Positions 19,983 to 33,728 of a stretch of 64,000 bases of DNA are shown here, one piece after another (position 1 is the stretch's first letter; each line of letters opens with the position of its first letter). Made by a program: the position numbers and the translations under genes. The stretch is from Bacillota bacterium (GTDB lineage: Bacteria; Bacillota; Ch66; Ch109): assembly GCA_050952625.1 (NCBI GenBank), contig JBMNLH010000001.1, positions 1,280,001 to 1,344,000 of the forward strand, given 5' to 3'. The notes below the pieces were generated by a model. The model saw nothing but the letters and a program-made list of their open reading frames with translations, did no database searches and had not been told where the DNA came from.

Positions 19983-20015
19983 AAGGAAGCAAGAGGACCG
20001 TCCCCTTGCTTCCTT
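19983..20015. terminator. Hairpin (terminator/REP-like)
   Basis: aaggaagcaag aggaccgtccc cttgcttcctt. Confidence 0.6.
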
Positions 20016-20071
20016 GAAGAGCCAAAATCGAAACCCATCTAACGTCTAAAATCTAAGATCTAACATCTAGA

Positions 20072-21600
<1,529 letters not shown>

Positions 21601-21812
21601 TAATTTTCTAAAAGTAAGGCGTGAGGTGTGAGGGGTGAGGCGTTAAACGTTAAACGGTTAAACGTTAAACGTAAGAAGTGAAGACGTGAAGACATGATTC
21701 GCTAAACCCTGCCAGATTTGGCTGAGCTAAGGATTGACAGAACCAAATAATTCGCTGTGAAGTTTTGAGGGTTCAATCTAAAATCCAATATCTAAAATCT
21801 AAGAATTAGATT

Positions 21813-21929
21813 TTCTGGTGACGATAGCGGAGGGGAAACACCCGTTCCCATCCCGAACACGGCAGTTAAGCCCTCCAGTGCTGATGGTACTTGGGTGGAG
21901 ACGCCCTGGGAGAGTAGGTCGTTGCCAGG
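21813..21929 (+). rRNA. rrf: 5S rRNA
   Basis: CCCATCCCGAACAC and GGGAGAGTAGGTCG motifs; terminal stem CTGG/CCAG. Confidence 0.95.
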
Positions 21930-22227
21930 ATATTTTAAAGCCTCAGGTTTTTGCCTGGGGCTTTTTAAAATGATGCCTACTGAAACCGCCGCCATTATTA
22001 TATTGACGATAATAAAGGGCAATAAATACAACTATGAAGTAATCCTCCAAAAATTGATAAAACACTATAGCTGCACATACACAATAATAGCAATATGTAA
22101 ATTTATTCCCATACACTTTTTTATCAAATAACTGAGTTAAAGGAGAGTAATTGACATTAACAACATATATTTATATACTTGATGACAATCATGCATTATT
22201 AAATAATAATTTAGCTGGTGGTATGTT

Positions 22228-23652
22228 ATGTATGAATTATCTATAGAAAACAGCTCTAGATTCTATCAATCCCTAACCAAACAATTTGCGGAAGCTCGCC
22301 AAGCAGCCCGGCAACTTATTTTGTACCGAGGTTTGCTAAAAGATAAGGTGATAAATGCTTTTCTGAGCTTATTGGATTTACTTGCCTTCATTCACAAATC
22401 GGACACAGCCTTGCAAAATATTTTGCAGGGAAGCATTCAGGATAAATTACTAGACTCTTACCATGATTTTTTTTATTTATTGGTTCAAATCCAGACACCC
22501 GGTTTCTGGCCAGATGCCTGGCAGAGGTATCTGGCCAGGATTATTTTACAAGACGAAAACCCTTTTAGCAGACAAGCGGAATGGCTATTACCTGAAGAGA
22601 TTGACGAATCTCTGATAGAGGTGGCCAAACATGATTTGCGGTGTCTACAAAAACTATTTCAGGTTAACACTGTTCAGATAAAACAAATAGTAGAAAAGAT
22701 CACAATTGTCAATCATGAGTCATCTAAACTGGAACTCGCGGATTGGAGCAATCTTACGTTTTCTACTGCTGATTCTAATCCTGACGAAACAGTTTTTATT
22801 CAAAACTTAGCAAAATCAACAAATTGGAGTCAAGATGTCCTTGCTCTGGCGGAGTATTACCACCGTAATGGGACCGGGGTTTTTGCCAGATTCAGAGCTT
22901 ATCGCTGGGATGATTCAAATACAGTCGGAAGCCTAAAAGGTATAACAGACCCGGACCCAATTACTTTTCATGACTTGATTGATTACCAATCCCAACGGGA
23001 GCAATTAATCAAAAATACAGAACATTTTTTGGCGGGCCTCCCAGCCAGTCATGTTCTTTTATATGGTAAAAGAGGTACCGGTAAATCATCCATGGTTAAG
23101 GCACTGCTTAACCAGTACCACCATCAGGGTTTACGTTTGATAGAGCTTTCTAAAGACAGCCTTCACAAACTACCCCATATCTTACACCAGCTAAAACATC
23201 GGGCTTTCCGTTTTATTATTTTCATTGACGATCTTTCTTTTGAAGATTATGAAGTAGCTTATAAAGACCTAAAAGGGATCCTAGATGGTAAATTAGAAAC
23301 CACCCCGGCAAATGTCCTGATCTATGCCACTTCGAATCGACGACACTTAGTGAAAGAGTTATTCAGCGATCGGAGCCAGGGAGAGGAGATCCATTATGAT
23401 GACACGGTTCAAGAAAAGTTATCTCTGGCAGACCGTTTCGGGCTGACAATATATTTTCCTTCTCCCTCACACCAGGTTTTTTTGAAAATTATAAATGGAT
23501 TAGCAAAGCAGCGCAATATAACACTAAATGCTTCTGAATTACAAGCCCGTGCTTTGGAGTGGGGAAAAATGGCATAATGGAAGGTCGGGTCGAACTGCAC
23601 GACAGTTTATCGATTGCCTGGTGGCCGAATTAAAGCCTAACTCTACTAAGTG
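22228..23652 (+). CDS. AAA+ ATP-binding protein (DUF815 family); terminal frameshift
   Basis: GKRGTGKSS, IFIDDLSF, YATSNRRHL, SLADRFG; HNGRSGRTARQF lies in a shifted frame. Confidence 0.85.
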
Positions 23653-23759
23653 AACCAGTTCAGCTTCGCCTGAACATCAAAGCTTCAGATGGAGACTCTA
23701 CTCAACCTGAAGTTCAAACAGGGTGACCCCTACTTATGAAAGTTTGGAGTCTTTTGATC
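23648..23759. repeat. Dispersed ~112-bp palindromic repeat, copy 1
   Basis: AAGTGAA…TTCAGCTTCGC…CTTCAGATG…CCTGAAG…TACTTAT; also at 58364, 63292 and inverted at ~61220. Confidence 0.75.
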
Positions 23760-23863
23760 AGATGAACTTTAAAGTACACAGTTTGATCATATTAATTAAA
23801 TATAGTTATGATGAAGATAAGATATTAGACATACTATTCTTAAAGCAATGAATATCACATTTT

Positions 23864-24994
23864 ATGGAGGCATTGATAATGACTGATCCTAGAATTAGTG
23901 TTCTAGCGAAAAACTTAATAAATTATTCTTGCCAGGTTCAGCCCGGTGAAAAAATTTTGATAGAGGCAATAGGATTGGAATCACCTTTAATTAAAGAAAT
24001 AATTAAAGAAGCTTATCGGGCTGGGGGAATACCTTTTGTTACGATTAAAGATCGCTCCATTGACCGGACCCTTTTAATGGAAGTAACTGAAGAACAACTG
24101 AAGCTGATGGCAAAATACGAAACAATTAGAATGAATGATATGCAGGCATATATCGGAGTTAGGTCAGGTAATAATGCAGCTGAGTTATCTGATGTACCAG
24201 CGGAAAAAATGGAGCTTTACGCTAGGCTATTTTCAAATGAAGTTCACACAAAGATCCGGGTTCGGAATACCAAATGGGTGGTATTAAGGTATCCGACACC
24301 GGCAATGGCCCAGTCTGCCAATATGAGTACCGAAGCTTTTGAGGATTTTTACTTCAACGTGTGTAATCTGGATTACTCCAAAATGTCAAGGGCCATGAAC
24401 CCCTTAGTCGAATTAATGAATAAGACTGATCAAGTCAAAATTGTTGGACCCGGGACTAATTTAACTTTTTCGATTAAAGGGATACCGACGATTAAATGTG
24501 ATGGGGAACGAAATATACCTGATGGCGAGGTTTATACAGCTCCGATTAAGGATTCCGTTAATGGATATATCAGCTATAACACCCCTACCATTTACCAGGG
24601 ATTTACTTACGAAAATATAAGATTTAAGTTTGTAAATGGTCAAATAGTAGAGGCTACAGCTAATGATACTGAAAAAATAAACAAAGTATTAGATACAGAT
24701 GAAGGAGCTCGGTTCACTGGGGAATTTGCCCTTGGTCTAAATCCCTACATAAACAAAGCTATAAAAGATACCTTGTTTGACGAGAAAATTGCTGGTTCCT
24801 TTCATCTTACTCCAGGGAATTCTTATGATGAATGCCCCAACGGCAATCAATCAGCGATCCATTGGGATTTAGTCTGCATCCAAACACCCGAATACGGTGG
24901 TGGAGAAATTTACTTTGATGGAGTACTAGTAAGAAAAGACGGGAGATTTATCCTTCCAGAACTTCAAGCCTTAAATCCGGAGCATCTTAAGTAG
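23864..24994 (+). CDS. Aminopeptidase (M29, AmpS-like)
   Basis: NIPDGEV, GEFALG, FDEKIAGSFH, SAIHWD. Confidence 0.92.
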   Translation: MEALIMTDPRISVLAKNLINYSCQVQPGEKILIEAIGLESPLIKEIIKEAYRAGGIPFVTIKDRSIDRTLLMEVTEEQLKLMAKYETIRMNDMQAYIGVRSGNNAAELSDVPAEKMELYARLFSNEVHTKIRVRNTKWVVLRYPTPAMAQSANMSTEAFEDFYFNVCNLDYSKMSRAMNPLVELMNKTDQVKIVGPGTNLTFSIKGIPTIKCDGERNIPDGEVYTAPIKDSVNGYISYNTPTIYQGFTYENIRFKFVNGQIVEATANDTEKINKVLDTDEGARFTGEFALGLNPYINKAIKDTLFDEKIAGSFHLTPGNSYDECPNGNQSAIHWDLVCIQTPEYGGGEIYFDGVLVRKDGRFILPELQALNPEHLK

Positions 24995-25088
24995 ACATGT
25001 CATTGACTTTCTTACAACAAGAAGGCGTATAAGAAGAATCCGGACGTTTTATATTTTTCCTAGAATTAATAATAACCATAATCAATCA

Positions 25089-26066
25089 TTGATTGGATTG
25101 AATATAACTAGTATTAAAATATTATACGACAGGGAGTTATTAAGTATGGCCATAAATATGCGGTCTAATAGCGAACAGGGGCTTACCCGGATTAAAGAAA
25201 TTGCCTCCGGTATTCGGCGTCGGGTTCTGGAACATACCGTCAATAATAACGGAGGTTACCTCAGCCAAGCCTGTTCCTCGGCCGAGATTTTTGCTGCTTT
25301 ATACGCTAAAATTATGAATCTCGGACCATCACAAGCCCCATTGATTCCACTTCCATTTCAGGGTGTCCCCGGACCAAAAAACCCGGATTACCAAACCGGG
25401 GCTGGGTATAATGGTCCTAAGTCGGCTAATCTGGATCGTTTCATTCTATCTCCCTCTCAATACGCCCTTGTTCTATACGCGACGCTGGTCGAGGTAGGCC
25501 GAATGGCTCCGGAGGGACTGCATCAGTTTAATCAAGACGGCAGCGCAGTCGAAATGATTGGTGCTGAACATTCACCAGGCATGGAGGTTATGACCGGTTC
25601 CTTAGGTCAAGGCTTGAGTCAGGCCGCCGGCATTGCCATGGCTCGCAAGCTCAAAGGTGAAACGGGAAAAGTTTGGGTTTTTATGTCTGATGGCGAGTGG
25701 CAGTCCGGTCAAAACTGGGAGGCCCTGCAGACGATTTCCTTTCATAAACTCGATAATATCGGTATTTTCATTGATTTTAATAAACAACAATGTGATGGGG
25801 ATATAGCCAGCGTCATGAGCATTGAACCATTCGACCGACGATTAGAAGCCTTTGGGGCTCATGTTTACCGTGTTGACGGGCACAGTATTGAAACTTTAAT
25901 TAGCGCAGTTCAAAAAAAGCCGGACGGAAAACCTCTGGTCATCTTAGCTGAAACTAATCCCTGGCAAGGAATTGAACTTCTCAAAAGTAGAGCCCCCAAA
26001 TTGCACTATGTCAGGTTTTCGAGTGAAGAAGAAAGACAACGTTATGCAACTGTAAGAATTGAATAA
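25089..26066 (+). CDS. Transketolase N-terminal subunit
   Basis: DRFILS, TGSLGQG, SDGEWQSG TPP motif; start likely ~25146. Confidence 0.9.
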   Translation: MIGLNITSIKILYDRELLSMAINMRSNSEQGLTRIKEIASGIRRRVLEHTVNNNGGYLSQACSSAEIFAALYAKIMNLGPSQAPLIPLPFQGVPGPKNPDYQTGAGYNGPKSANLDRFILSPSQYALVLYATLVEVGRMAPEGLHQFNQDGSAVEMIGAEHSPGMEVMTGSLGQGLSQAAGIAMARKLKGETGKVWVFMSDGEWQSGQNWEALQTISFHKLDNIGIFIDFNKQQCDGDIASVMSIEPFDRRLEAFGAHVYRVDGHSIETLISAVQKKPDGKPLVILAETNPWQGIELLKSRAPKLHYVRFSSEEERQRYATVRIE

Positions 26067-26152
26067 TAAGATTTGTTGTTTAAGCAAGCAATGCAATTAT
26101 AATTAATTTAGCTACGAAGAAAACTACATTTCAAGCTGAGAGGATATATGTA

Positions 26153-27160
26153 ATGGAAATTCTATCAAAAGTACACGCCCGAAACTTGGTCGAGTGGGCT
26201 AAGTCAAAGCCGGAGGTACTCGTCCTTTCTGCGGACCTGACCAGTTCTTCGGAGGCAGATCTTTTTCGCGATACCTATCCCAATCGCTTTATCTCTCTAG
26301 GAATAGCGGAACAGAATATGCTTAGTTTTGCCGGCGGTTTGGCTCGTGAGGGATTTATCCCCTTTATTCATACTTTTGCAGTATTTATTTATCGCCGGGC
26401 TTATGATCAGGTAGCTATGTCTGTCGCCTATCCTAACTTACCCGTAAAAATGTTTGGCTTTTTACCGGGAATTACCACGCCAGGGGGTGCAACCCACCAA
26501 GCAATTGAGGATATTTCAGTTTTGCGTTCCCTGCCGAACATGACGATTCTGGAGTGCGGTGACGCCACGGAGGTAGAATCGGTCCTCGATGTGGCTTATT
26601 CGATTCCAGGGCCGGTGTACGTTAGAATGATACGAGGAGAAATTCCACGTATCTTTGACCAATCTCAACCGATGCGTTTAGGGCAAGCCCGAACCTTAAC
26701 CACCGGGAGTGATCTAGTTGTTTTGTCCAGCGGTATCTGTACCGAAGAAGCGATGCGGGCTATTCAGGCATTACAGAAAAAAGGGGTATCTATCCACCAC
26801 CTGCATATCTCAACCCTAAAACCCTTTACTGATTCAGCAGTCCTTGAGGCAGTAGCCCAAGCCCGGTATGGGGTTATTACTATGGAAAATCATTCAATTA
26901 TCGGCGGTTTGGGGACTATTTTGGCCGAACAAATGGCAGAGAATGGGATTGCTCGTAAGCTGGTTAGAATTGGCTTGAAGGATACCTTTGCCCATGGAGC
27001 AAGCCTTCATTACCTCATGAAAGAGTACGGTTTGGAAGCAATGTCGCTGATTAAAGAAGTTGAAAAACTGCTTAACACTAGTTTTGGTATCAAAGAGACG
27101 GAACTATCAGAAATATATCTGGCTCCGGAACACAGCGAAGCCAAAGCGGAGGCACTGTAA
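26153..27160 (+). CDS. Transketolase C-terminal subunit
   Basis: GIAEQNM, GGATHQAIED, ENHSIIGGLG. Confidence 0.92.
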   Translation: MEILSKVHARNLVEWAKSKPEVLVLSADLTSSSEADLFRDTYPNRFISLGIAEQNMLSFAGGLAREGFIPFIHTFAVFIYRRAYDQVAMSVAYPNLPVKMFGFLPGITTPGGATHQAIEDISVLRSLPNMTILECGDATEVESVLDVAYSIPGPVYVRMIRGEIPRIFDQSQPMRLGQARTLTTGSDLVVLSSGICTEEAMRAIQALQKKGVSIHHLHISTLKPFTDSAVLEAVAQARYGVITMENHSIIGGLGTILAEQMAENGIARKLVRIGLKDTFAHGASLHYLMKEYGLEAMSLIKEVEKLLNTSFGIKETELSEIYLAPEHSEAKAEAL

Positions 27161-27240
27161 TGATTTCGGGTGAACGATTTTCCGCGGTCTATCGTATTAC
27201 CGGTTCGGAAAACGAGGCTCTGGAAAAAGCCAAAGGTGCT
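27160..27240 (+). pseudogene. N-terminal stub of a probable RuBisCO-like protein
   Basis: TAATG coupling; MISGERFSAVYRITGSENEALEKAK resembles form IV RLP N-termini, then similarity is lost. Confidence 0.45.
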
Positions 27241-27314
27241 AATCTTGAAACGCAGTTACATAAAAATGCCCTCATCAAGCGATTGGGGGCATTTTTTAAT
27301 TTAATCAAATTAGA

Positions 27315-27722
27315 CTAGAGAAGAATAATAATGTCAACGGTAAAAGTTTTTTCTGGTGGTGCATTTTCCCAGGGTCGCCGGTATTCTAGATTAATCGTTA
27401 ATGAACCGGGCTTAATTGCTTGATAAACCCAGTGTTCTTCACCCCTGCACCGATGACTGAGGAACTACTCTCAAAGTAATGCTTAATTTCTTTGATGTTC
27501 CCTGTGTCTAAAGGAGATGAGTACTGCCAGGAGTAACCGGTAGTAGGGTTGCTAGTTAGAGTTAATTCTAGTTTTTGACCTTTCCGCAGTTTAATAGTTT
27601 GTCCCTGACAGGATTCGTCTATTTGGACAGGATAATTGTACCATTTAATAATCCCCCAATAATATAGATCCTATAACTATTATAATTACCAGAGAGAATC
27701 GACCATATTTTGTAAAGCACAT
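27315..27722 (-). CDS. Protease inhibitor I42 (chagasin-like), frameshifted
   Basis: L..NPTTGYSW, GAG and YRRPWE motifs; shifts at G homopolymers; not in the ORF track. Confidence 0.75.
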
Positions 27723-27989
27723 AATTTCACCCCCATAATATTTTTAATCCCAGATATTGTTGGTTATGAAATAAAAATTTTGGAACCAAGACTTTTTCAA
27801 TAAATTATTAAGTCTTTTATATTCAGAAGCTAAGGAAGTCTGTTATAATAATTTAAACCAAGTAAACTAAAATAGGGACATCAGTATACCGAAATTCACT
27901 TTAACTTAATTTTTTATTCATTTGTTTACAGTTTTGTATTATTCCAGACGAACCAAGTTACTAGCAAATTGGCAGGGGAGGGTTAATAC

Positions 27990-28986
27990 TTGAAATTAAA
28001 AGTATTAGTAGTTACTTTAGTTGCTTTATTGGCAACAGCCGGGTCGTACTGGGTCTATCGTGAATACTATGCTGAGCCTAAATCTACCGCTATTCAAGCA
28101 ACCGGCACCATTGAGGCAACTCAAGTAGATTTAAGTGCCAAAGCCTCAGGAATTATTGAAACTTTTTCATTCAGAGAAGGAGATAAGCTAACCAAGGGTG
28201 AGTTAGTAGCTGAACTCAGCCGTAAGGATCTGGTAGCTCAAAAGGAACGCGATGCTATGGCCTTAATGAAAGCGAAGGCACAGCTCGCTGATCTAACCTC
28301 CGGTTCCCGGGAACAGAGAAAGTGGAGGCCTCAGCTAACGTCGAAATAGCCAGAGCTAATTATGATAAGGCTCAAACTGATTTAACCCGCAATGAAACCC
28401 TCTTCAATGAAGGGGTTATCTCTCAGGAAGAGTTTGACCGCTCTAAACTGAACGAGGAATTAGAAAGAAACCGGTTACAAGCTGCTGAAGCTAGATTAAG
28501 TTTAATTGAGTCAGGTAGTCGGCCTCAGTTAATTGCCGCCGCTAAGGCAGAAGTAGAACGTAGCGAAGCAATTCTTAAAGCAACCGAAGCCATGCTAGAG
28601 GATTTTAAAGATTTACTCGCCAATTAACGGAGTAATCCTGACTAAAAACTTTGAAGTAGGCGAATATGCCCAAACAGGGGCAGCCTTGGCCACTATCGCT
28701 GATTTAAATGATCTTTGGATTAAGGGTTTATATTCCGACTGATGATTTGCCAGTAGTTAAGCTGGGTCAACCGGTTACATTTACCGTCAGCGGCGAGTCA
28801 ACTACTTTTGAAGGGATTGTTTGTGAGATTGCTTCTTGGGGCGAATTCACCCCCAAGACTATTCAAACCAAAGAAGAAAGGACCAATATTGTCTTTGGGG
28901 TGAAGATAAGAATTAACAATGGTCAAGGCATTCTTAAACCGGGGATGCCCGCGGACGTTGTCTTTAAACCGGAGGTAGCCCAATGA
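27990..28986 (+). CDS. HlyD-family efflux membrane fusion protein (frameshifted)
   Basis: GTIEA, hairpin helices, EFTPKTIQTKEER, LKPGMPAD across three frames. Confidence 0.85.
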
Positions 28987-29892
28987 TTAAAACCACTGGC
29001 CTAACCAAGTCTTTCGGTAATAATATTGCTGTAGCCGGGGTAACCCTTCATGTGGCAAAGCAGGATATCTTTGGCCTCGTGGGCCCCTGATGGTGCCGGA
29101 AAAACAACCCTGATGCGGATGATTTGTGGCTTGATTACCCCGACTGAGGGAAAGGTTAGTCTAATTGGGTATCCATGGGAGCAAATAGAGCAAGTTAAAA
29201 AACATTTAGGCTATATGCCCCAACGTTTTAGCTTGTATGGCGATCTGACAATTATGGAGAATATCCACTTTTTTGGTTCTATGTACCAAATCAAACGCCG
29301 AACAATTAACGAGCGGGCCATGGAAATTCTCGAGTTAACCAACCTGCTTGAGTTTAAGGATCGTTTAGCGGATAACCTGTCCGGGGGGATGAAACAAAAA
29401 TTAGCCCTTACCTGTGCCTTGATTACTCGCCCTAGTATTCTAGTGTTAGATGAACCAACGTACGGGGTTGATCCGGAGTCCCGTAAAGAATTTTGGAAGA
29501 TTTTGTATCATTTAAACAAAGAAGGGATAACCATCCTGGTTTCAACACCCTATATGGATGAAGCTGAACTCTGTACTACGGTAGCTTTTATCAACCAGGG
29601 AAAAATAGTGGCGGTAGATTCACCAGCAAATCTCAAGAATGGCTTTCCCCATAGTTTGCTAGAAATCAAAACCGAATCAAAAGACCCCGACCTTTTCAAT
29701 GAACTCAGTTTAATCATTAAATCCTCTTTCTATGGCGACAAATACCATCTGGCAGTCGAGGATGTCACAGCTGCTGAAAATGTTATTAAATCCTACCTTA
29801 TCAGCCAAAATATAACTAATATAAAGATTACTAAAATTCACCTACCATGGAAGATGTTTTTGTATCTTTGGCCGAAAAAGAGGTGGTCTAAT
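28983..29892 (+). CDS. ABC transporter ATP-binding protein (frameshifted ends)
   Basis: [20 protein letters not shown]. Confidence 0.88.
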
Positions 29893-30800
29893 GGATTATG
29901 CCATCAGTGTCCAAGATCTGACCAAGATTTTTGGCAGCTTTACCGCGGTTGACCGCTTGACCTTAAACATCAAACCAGGAGAAATCTGCGGATTTCTTGG
30001 GCCAAATGGAGCCGGAAAAACCACCGCAATCCGGATGCTTTGCGGTGTATTAGCACCAACCTCGGGTTTCGGTCAGATACTTGGTTACGACCTAATCAAA
30101 GAAAGTGAAAAGATAAAACCGCATATTGGGTATATGTCCCAAAAGTTTAGTCTGTATGATGATCTGACTGTCGAGGAAAATCTTAGTTTTTATGCCGGAC
30201 TGTACAGCCTTCCAAATGACGATAGAAAAAATCGTATCAAAGAAATGCTAACTATGGCTCAACTAACTGGCAGAGAGCATGAATTGGTTGCTAATTTAAG
30301 CGGTGGCTGGAAACAAAGACTAGCCCTGGGATGTGCCATCATCGGTCGACCAGCAATTGTTTTTTTAGATGAACCAACTAGCGGGGTCAGCCCAACTAGT
30401 AGAAGAGACTTTTTTGCGATTATTCAAAAAATGGCTAATCAAGGAACCACAGTAATAGTGACTACTCATTTTATGGATGAGGCTGAACGCTGTAACCAAA
30501 TTGCCTTCATTTCAGCCGGACAACTACTGGCCATGGATACACCTGGTAACCTAAAGCAGAGTGCGGTCGAAGGGTTTATGGTCGAGCTTGACTTGCCGCA
30601 GGCGATTGAGCAGATAGATAGAATCGAACAGCAGCTTTATGTTAGAGAGTGCAGTCTGCACGGTCCGCTTCTGCATGTTCTCCTGAACAATGAATCAAAT
30701 GTTAAAGAGCTGGAGGAGTTAGTTGGCAAATCAGCCAGACCAATTACTCCGACTCTGGAAGATGTTTTTTATCGCACTTGCTAAAAAGAAACGAAAGTAG
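29891..30800 (+). CDS. ABC transporter ATP-binding protein
   Basis: [21 protein letters not shown]. Confidence 0.9.
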
Positions 30801-30808
30801 GTGGTCCG

Positions 30809-31922
30809 GTGAGTCGAATTCTTTCCGTTTTAAAAAAAGAAACTTATTCAGATGCGCCGTGATCGTTTAACTCTAGCCTTGGTCTTTATGATGCCGCTAA
30901 TCCAATTATTATTATTTGGCTATGCCATTCAAACCGAGGTAAAACATATTCCGACCATAGTCTTTGACCAATCCTTAACCAATGAAAGTCGAGAACTATT
31001 GGCATCTTTTTCCGCCTCAGGTTATTTTGATGTGACTAAAACTGCCAAGAATTATGCTGAGGTTAATCAAGCAATTGATAGTGGCCAAACAAAAGTTGGT
31101 CTTGTCTTTCCCCCTGACTTTGCAGAAAATATCCACCGAGGAAAGTCGGCCCAGGTCCAAGTTATTGTAGATGCCAGTGATAATATGGTCGCCAATCAGG
31201 CCATTGCGGTTGCTAATTCGATTGGTTTGCTCAAATCCCAGGAAACATTGGCCCAAAAGGTGCAGTTCCAAGCACCGCCTTATGATATTCGGGTTCGGCC
31301 ATGGTATAATCCCGATGGGATTACGGCCTATTTCATGGTACCGGCTAATTTTGGGCATTATTGTAACCATGACCATGGTGATCATTACTGCTGTCGCCAT
31401 TGTCCGAGAGAGAGAAAGGGGTACTCTAGAGCAGTTGCTAGTTACGCCAATCAAACCATATGAACTAATGATCGGCAAGATTCTGCCCTATATTGCGCTA
31501 GGTTACATTCAGATATCGGTCGCCCTTGTGGTCGCAGTAACTGTTTTTGATGTTCCGATTAAAGGCAGTTTGCTTGAACTCTACCTATTAACGCTGTTTT
31601 TTCATAACCGCCTCACTTGGACTAGGCATTTTAATATCAAATATCGCGAAAACTCAGATGCAGGGCCTTTCAGATGTCTTTTTTTGTTATGCTGCCCAGT
31701 ATCCTGTTATCCGGCTTTATGTTTCCTCGTGACGCGATGCCCCAGTTTATCTATTATCTAAGTGCATTGATTCCCCTAACCTATTACCTGGACATTATCC
31801 GGGGTATCATCCTCAAGGGTATCGGGTTTCAATATTTGGTTGGCCAGGTTACTGCGCTGCTAGTCTTTTCAATTGTTCTATTAATCGTTAGTACGCTTAA
31901 GTTTAAGAAAAAAATTGTCTAG
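30809..31922 (+). CDS. ABC-2 permease (YbhS/YbhR-like), frameshifted
   Basis: RRDRLTL, WYNP, RERERGTLEQLLVTP, LSGFMFP. Confidence 0.85.
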
Positions 31923-32006
31923 CATAAATTCTTGATATTCGGCAAGTAGCTTTTCGCACAAAAACTTAACACAAGAACTTAAGAATAAGGAACCTCTAAA
32001 AAAATT

Positions 32007-32618
32007 TTGACAAGTTGGTGTGACGTATTGGATGTAAAAAAAAGAATCGTTTTAGCCTGTAGGGAGTTGGCCAGGACCCGTGGATTTTACAATCTAACCA
32101 TGGATAAGTTAGCAAATCAAGCCTGCCTAAGTAAAAGAACAATTTATCGCTACTTCAGAAGTAAAGAAGAGATTATTGAGACAACCATAGATTCCTTTAT
32201 TCAAGAAACAGAACAAGAGTTTATTCAAGTAGCCACCAAAGAAGATAGCGTAGAAAACGTTGTTTCTTATATATTTAATTACATCTTAACTCATGGTCAA
32301 TTTATTTTTAATCTTCAGGGACTTAATGATTTAAGACTACACTACCCCGATTTATGGCAAAGAATTAAAAAAATACGGGAAGAAAAGATTCAAAACCTCA
32401 TTCGGTTAATGATGGAAAAAAGCGGGAACAAATCGGCCGTCCAGGAGATAGACTCAAGAATACTGACTGCTGTCATTGTGGCTTCGATAAATAAAGTAAT
32501 GACCCCTGATTTTCTCTTAACTAATGGCTTGACTTTGGAAGAAACCGCCAATCAATTTAGTAAACTCTTATTAGCTTTATTCTCAATATCTTTGGGCAAC
32601 AAAGATCCCAACACATAA
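32007..32618 (+). CDS. TetR/AcrR family regulator
   Basis: GFYNLTMDKLA…SKRTIYRYFRSKEE HTH. Confidence 0.9.
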   Translation: MTSWCDVLDVKKRIVLACRELARTRGFYNLTMDKLANQACLSKRTIYRYFRSKEEIIETTIDSFIQETEQEFIQVATKEDSVENVVSYIFNYILTHGQFIFNLQGLNDLRLHYPDLWQRIKKIREEKIQNLIRLMMEKSGNKSAVQEIDSRILTAVIVASINKVMTPDFLLTNGLTLEETANQFSKLLLALFSISLGNKDPNT

Positions 32619-32673
32619 TCCGGTTGAATGATATTTTGAGCGATAGACAAACACAAAGATAGGAGGGATTGAA

Positions 32674-33427
32674 ATGAATTATACCCAGCGGATTATTCAA
32701 CTAGCTAAGCTAATACGGTCTGCCAAACGCGTAGTTGCTTTTACAGGTGCCGGCATTAGTACAGAAAGCGGTATTCCCGACTTCCGAAGTAAGGGGACCG
32801 GGTTATGGGAAAAGGTTGACCCCATGGCAATTCTTTCCGTTAAGGCTTTGAAGCGTAATCCGCAACGTTTTTATCAGGATGGATTTGTTCATTTTTTAAA
32901 TCTAGAATCAGCTAAGCCAAACCCAGCTCATGAAGTTTTAGGGTGGTTAGAACAGAAGAAATTTTTGGCCGGTGTAATCACCCAAAATATCGATGGTTTG
33001 CACCAAAAGGCCGGTTCCCAAAAAGTCTTAGAGGTACATGGTCATCTCCGGACTGGTCACTGCATGCGTTGTAAAAAGAAGTATAAAATGTTAAATATCC
33101 GTCATCTCCTAGAGTCGGGAAAAATTCCGCCAATGTGTAGCTGCGGTGGTCTTTTACGCCCAGATGTTACTCTTTTTGGCGATCCAATGCCACGTGACTT
33201 CTGGAGTGCAACCGCTGAGGTCGAACAATCAGATTTTTTTGTTGGTGGTAGGCAGTAGCCTGACTGTTTCTCCAGCTAACAGTTTAGCCAGCATAGCCAA
33301 ACAGGTAGCAATCATTAATCTTGAGACAACAAGTTTTGACCGTCAGGCTGATTTGGTTATTCAAGAAAAAGCAGGCAAAGTTCTATTGGATCTGAAATTG
33401 GTGCTCGAAAGGGAAGAAAAAAATTAG
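32674..33427 (+). CDS. cobB: NAD-dependent deacylase (sirtuin), frameshift near 33240
   Basis: TGAGISTESGIPDFR, TQNIDGLH, HG, CxxC, VVGSSL. Confidence 0.9.
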
Positions 33428-33728
33428 CTATCTAATATTAAATGCATTAATAATATAGTATTATAAATAGTAAGTAAATAATAAAAAAACAGTCTTTGCA
33501 ACTTCCTATAAGAAGTATTATGTAAACTAATATTGGAAAATTATTTAGAAATTTATTTAAATAACTTTGTTGGTATATCTTTGAAAAGAAATGGTATTTG
33601 CAGGAAAATTTAAAAGCTGATAGAATATATAATAACATACATATGTTTGCAGTAAAGAATCCATGTATTACATTTAGCTAAGATTATTACGGGTATTTTC
33701 CCTTTAGGCAAGATGGCTTAGAAACACT

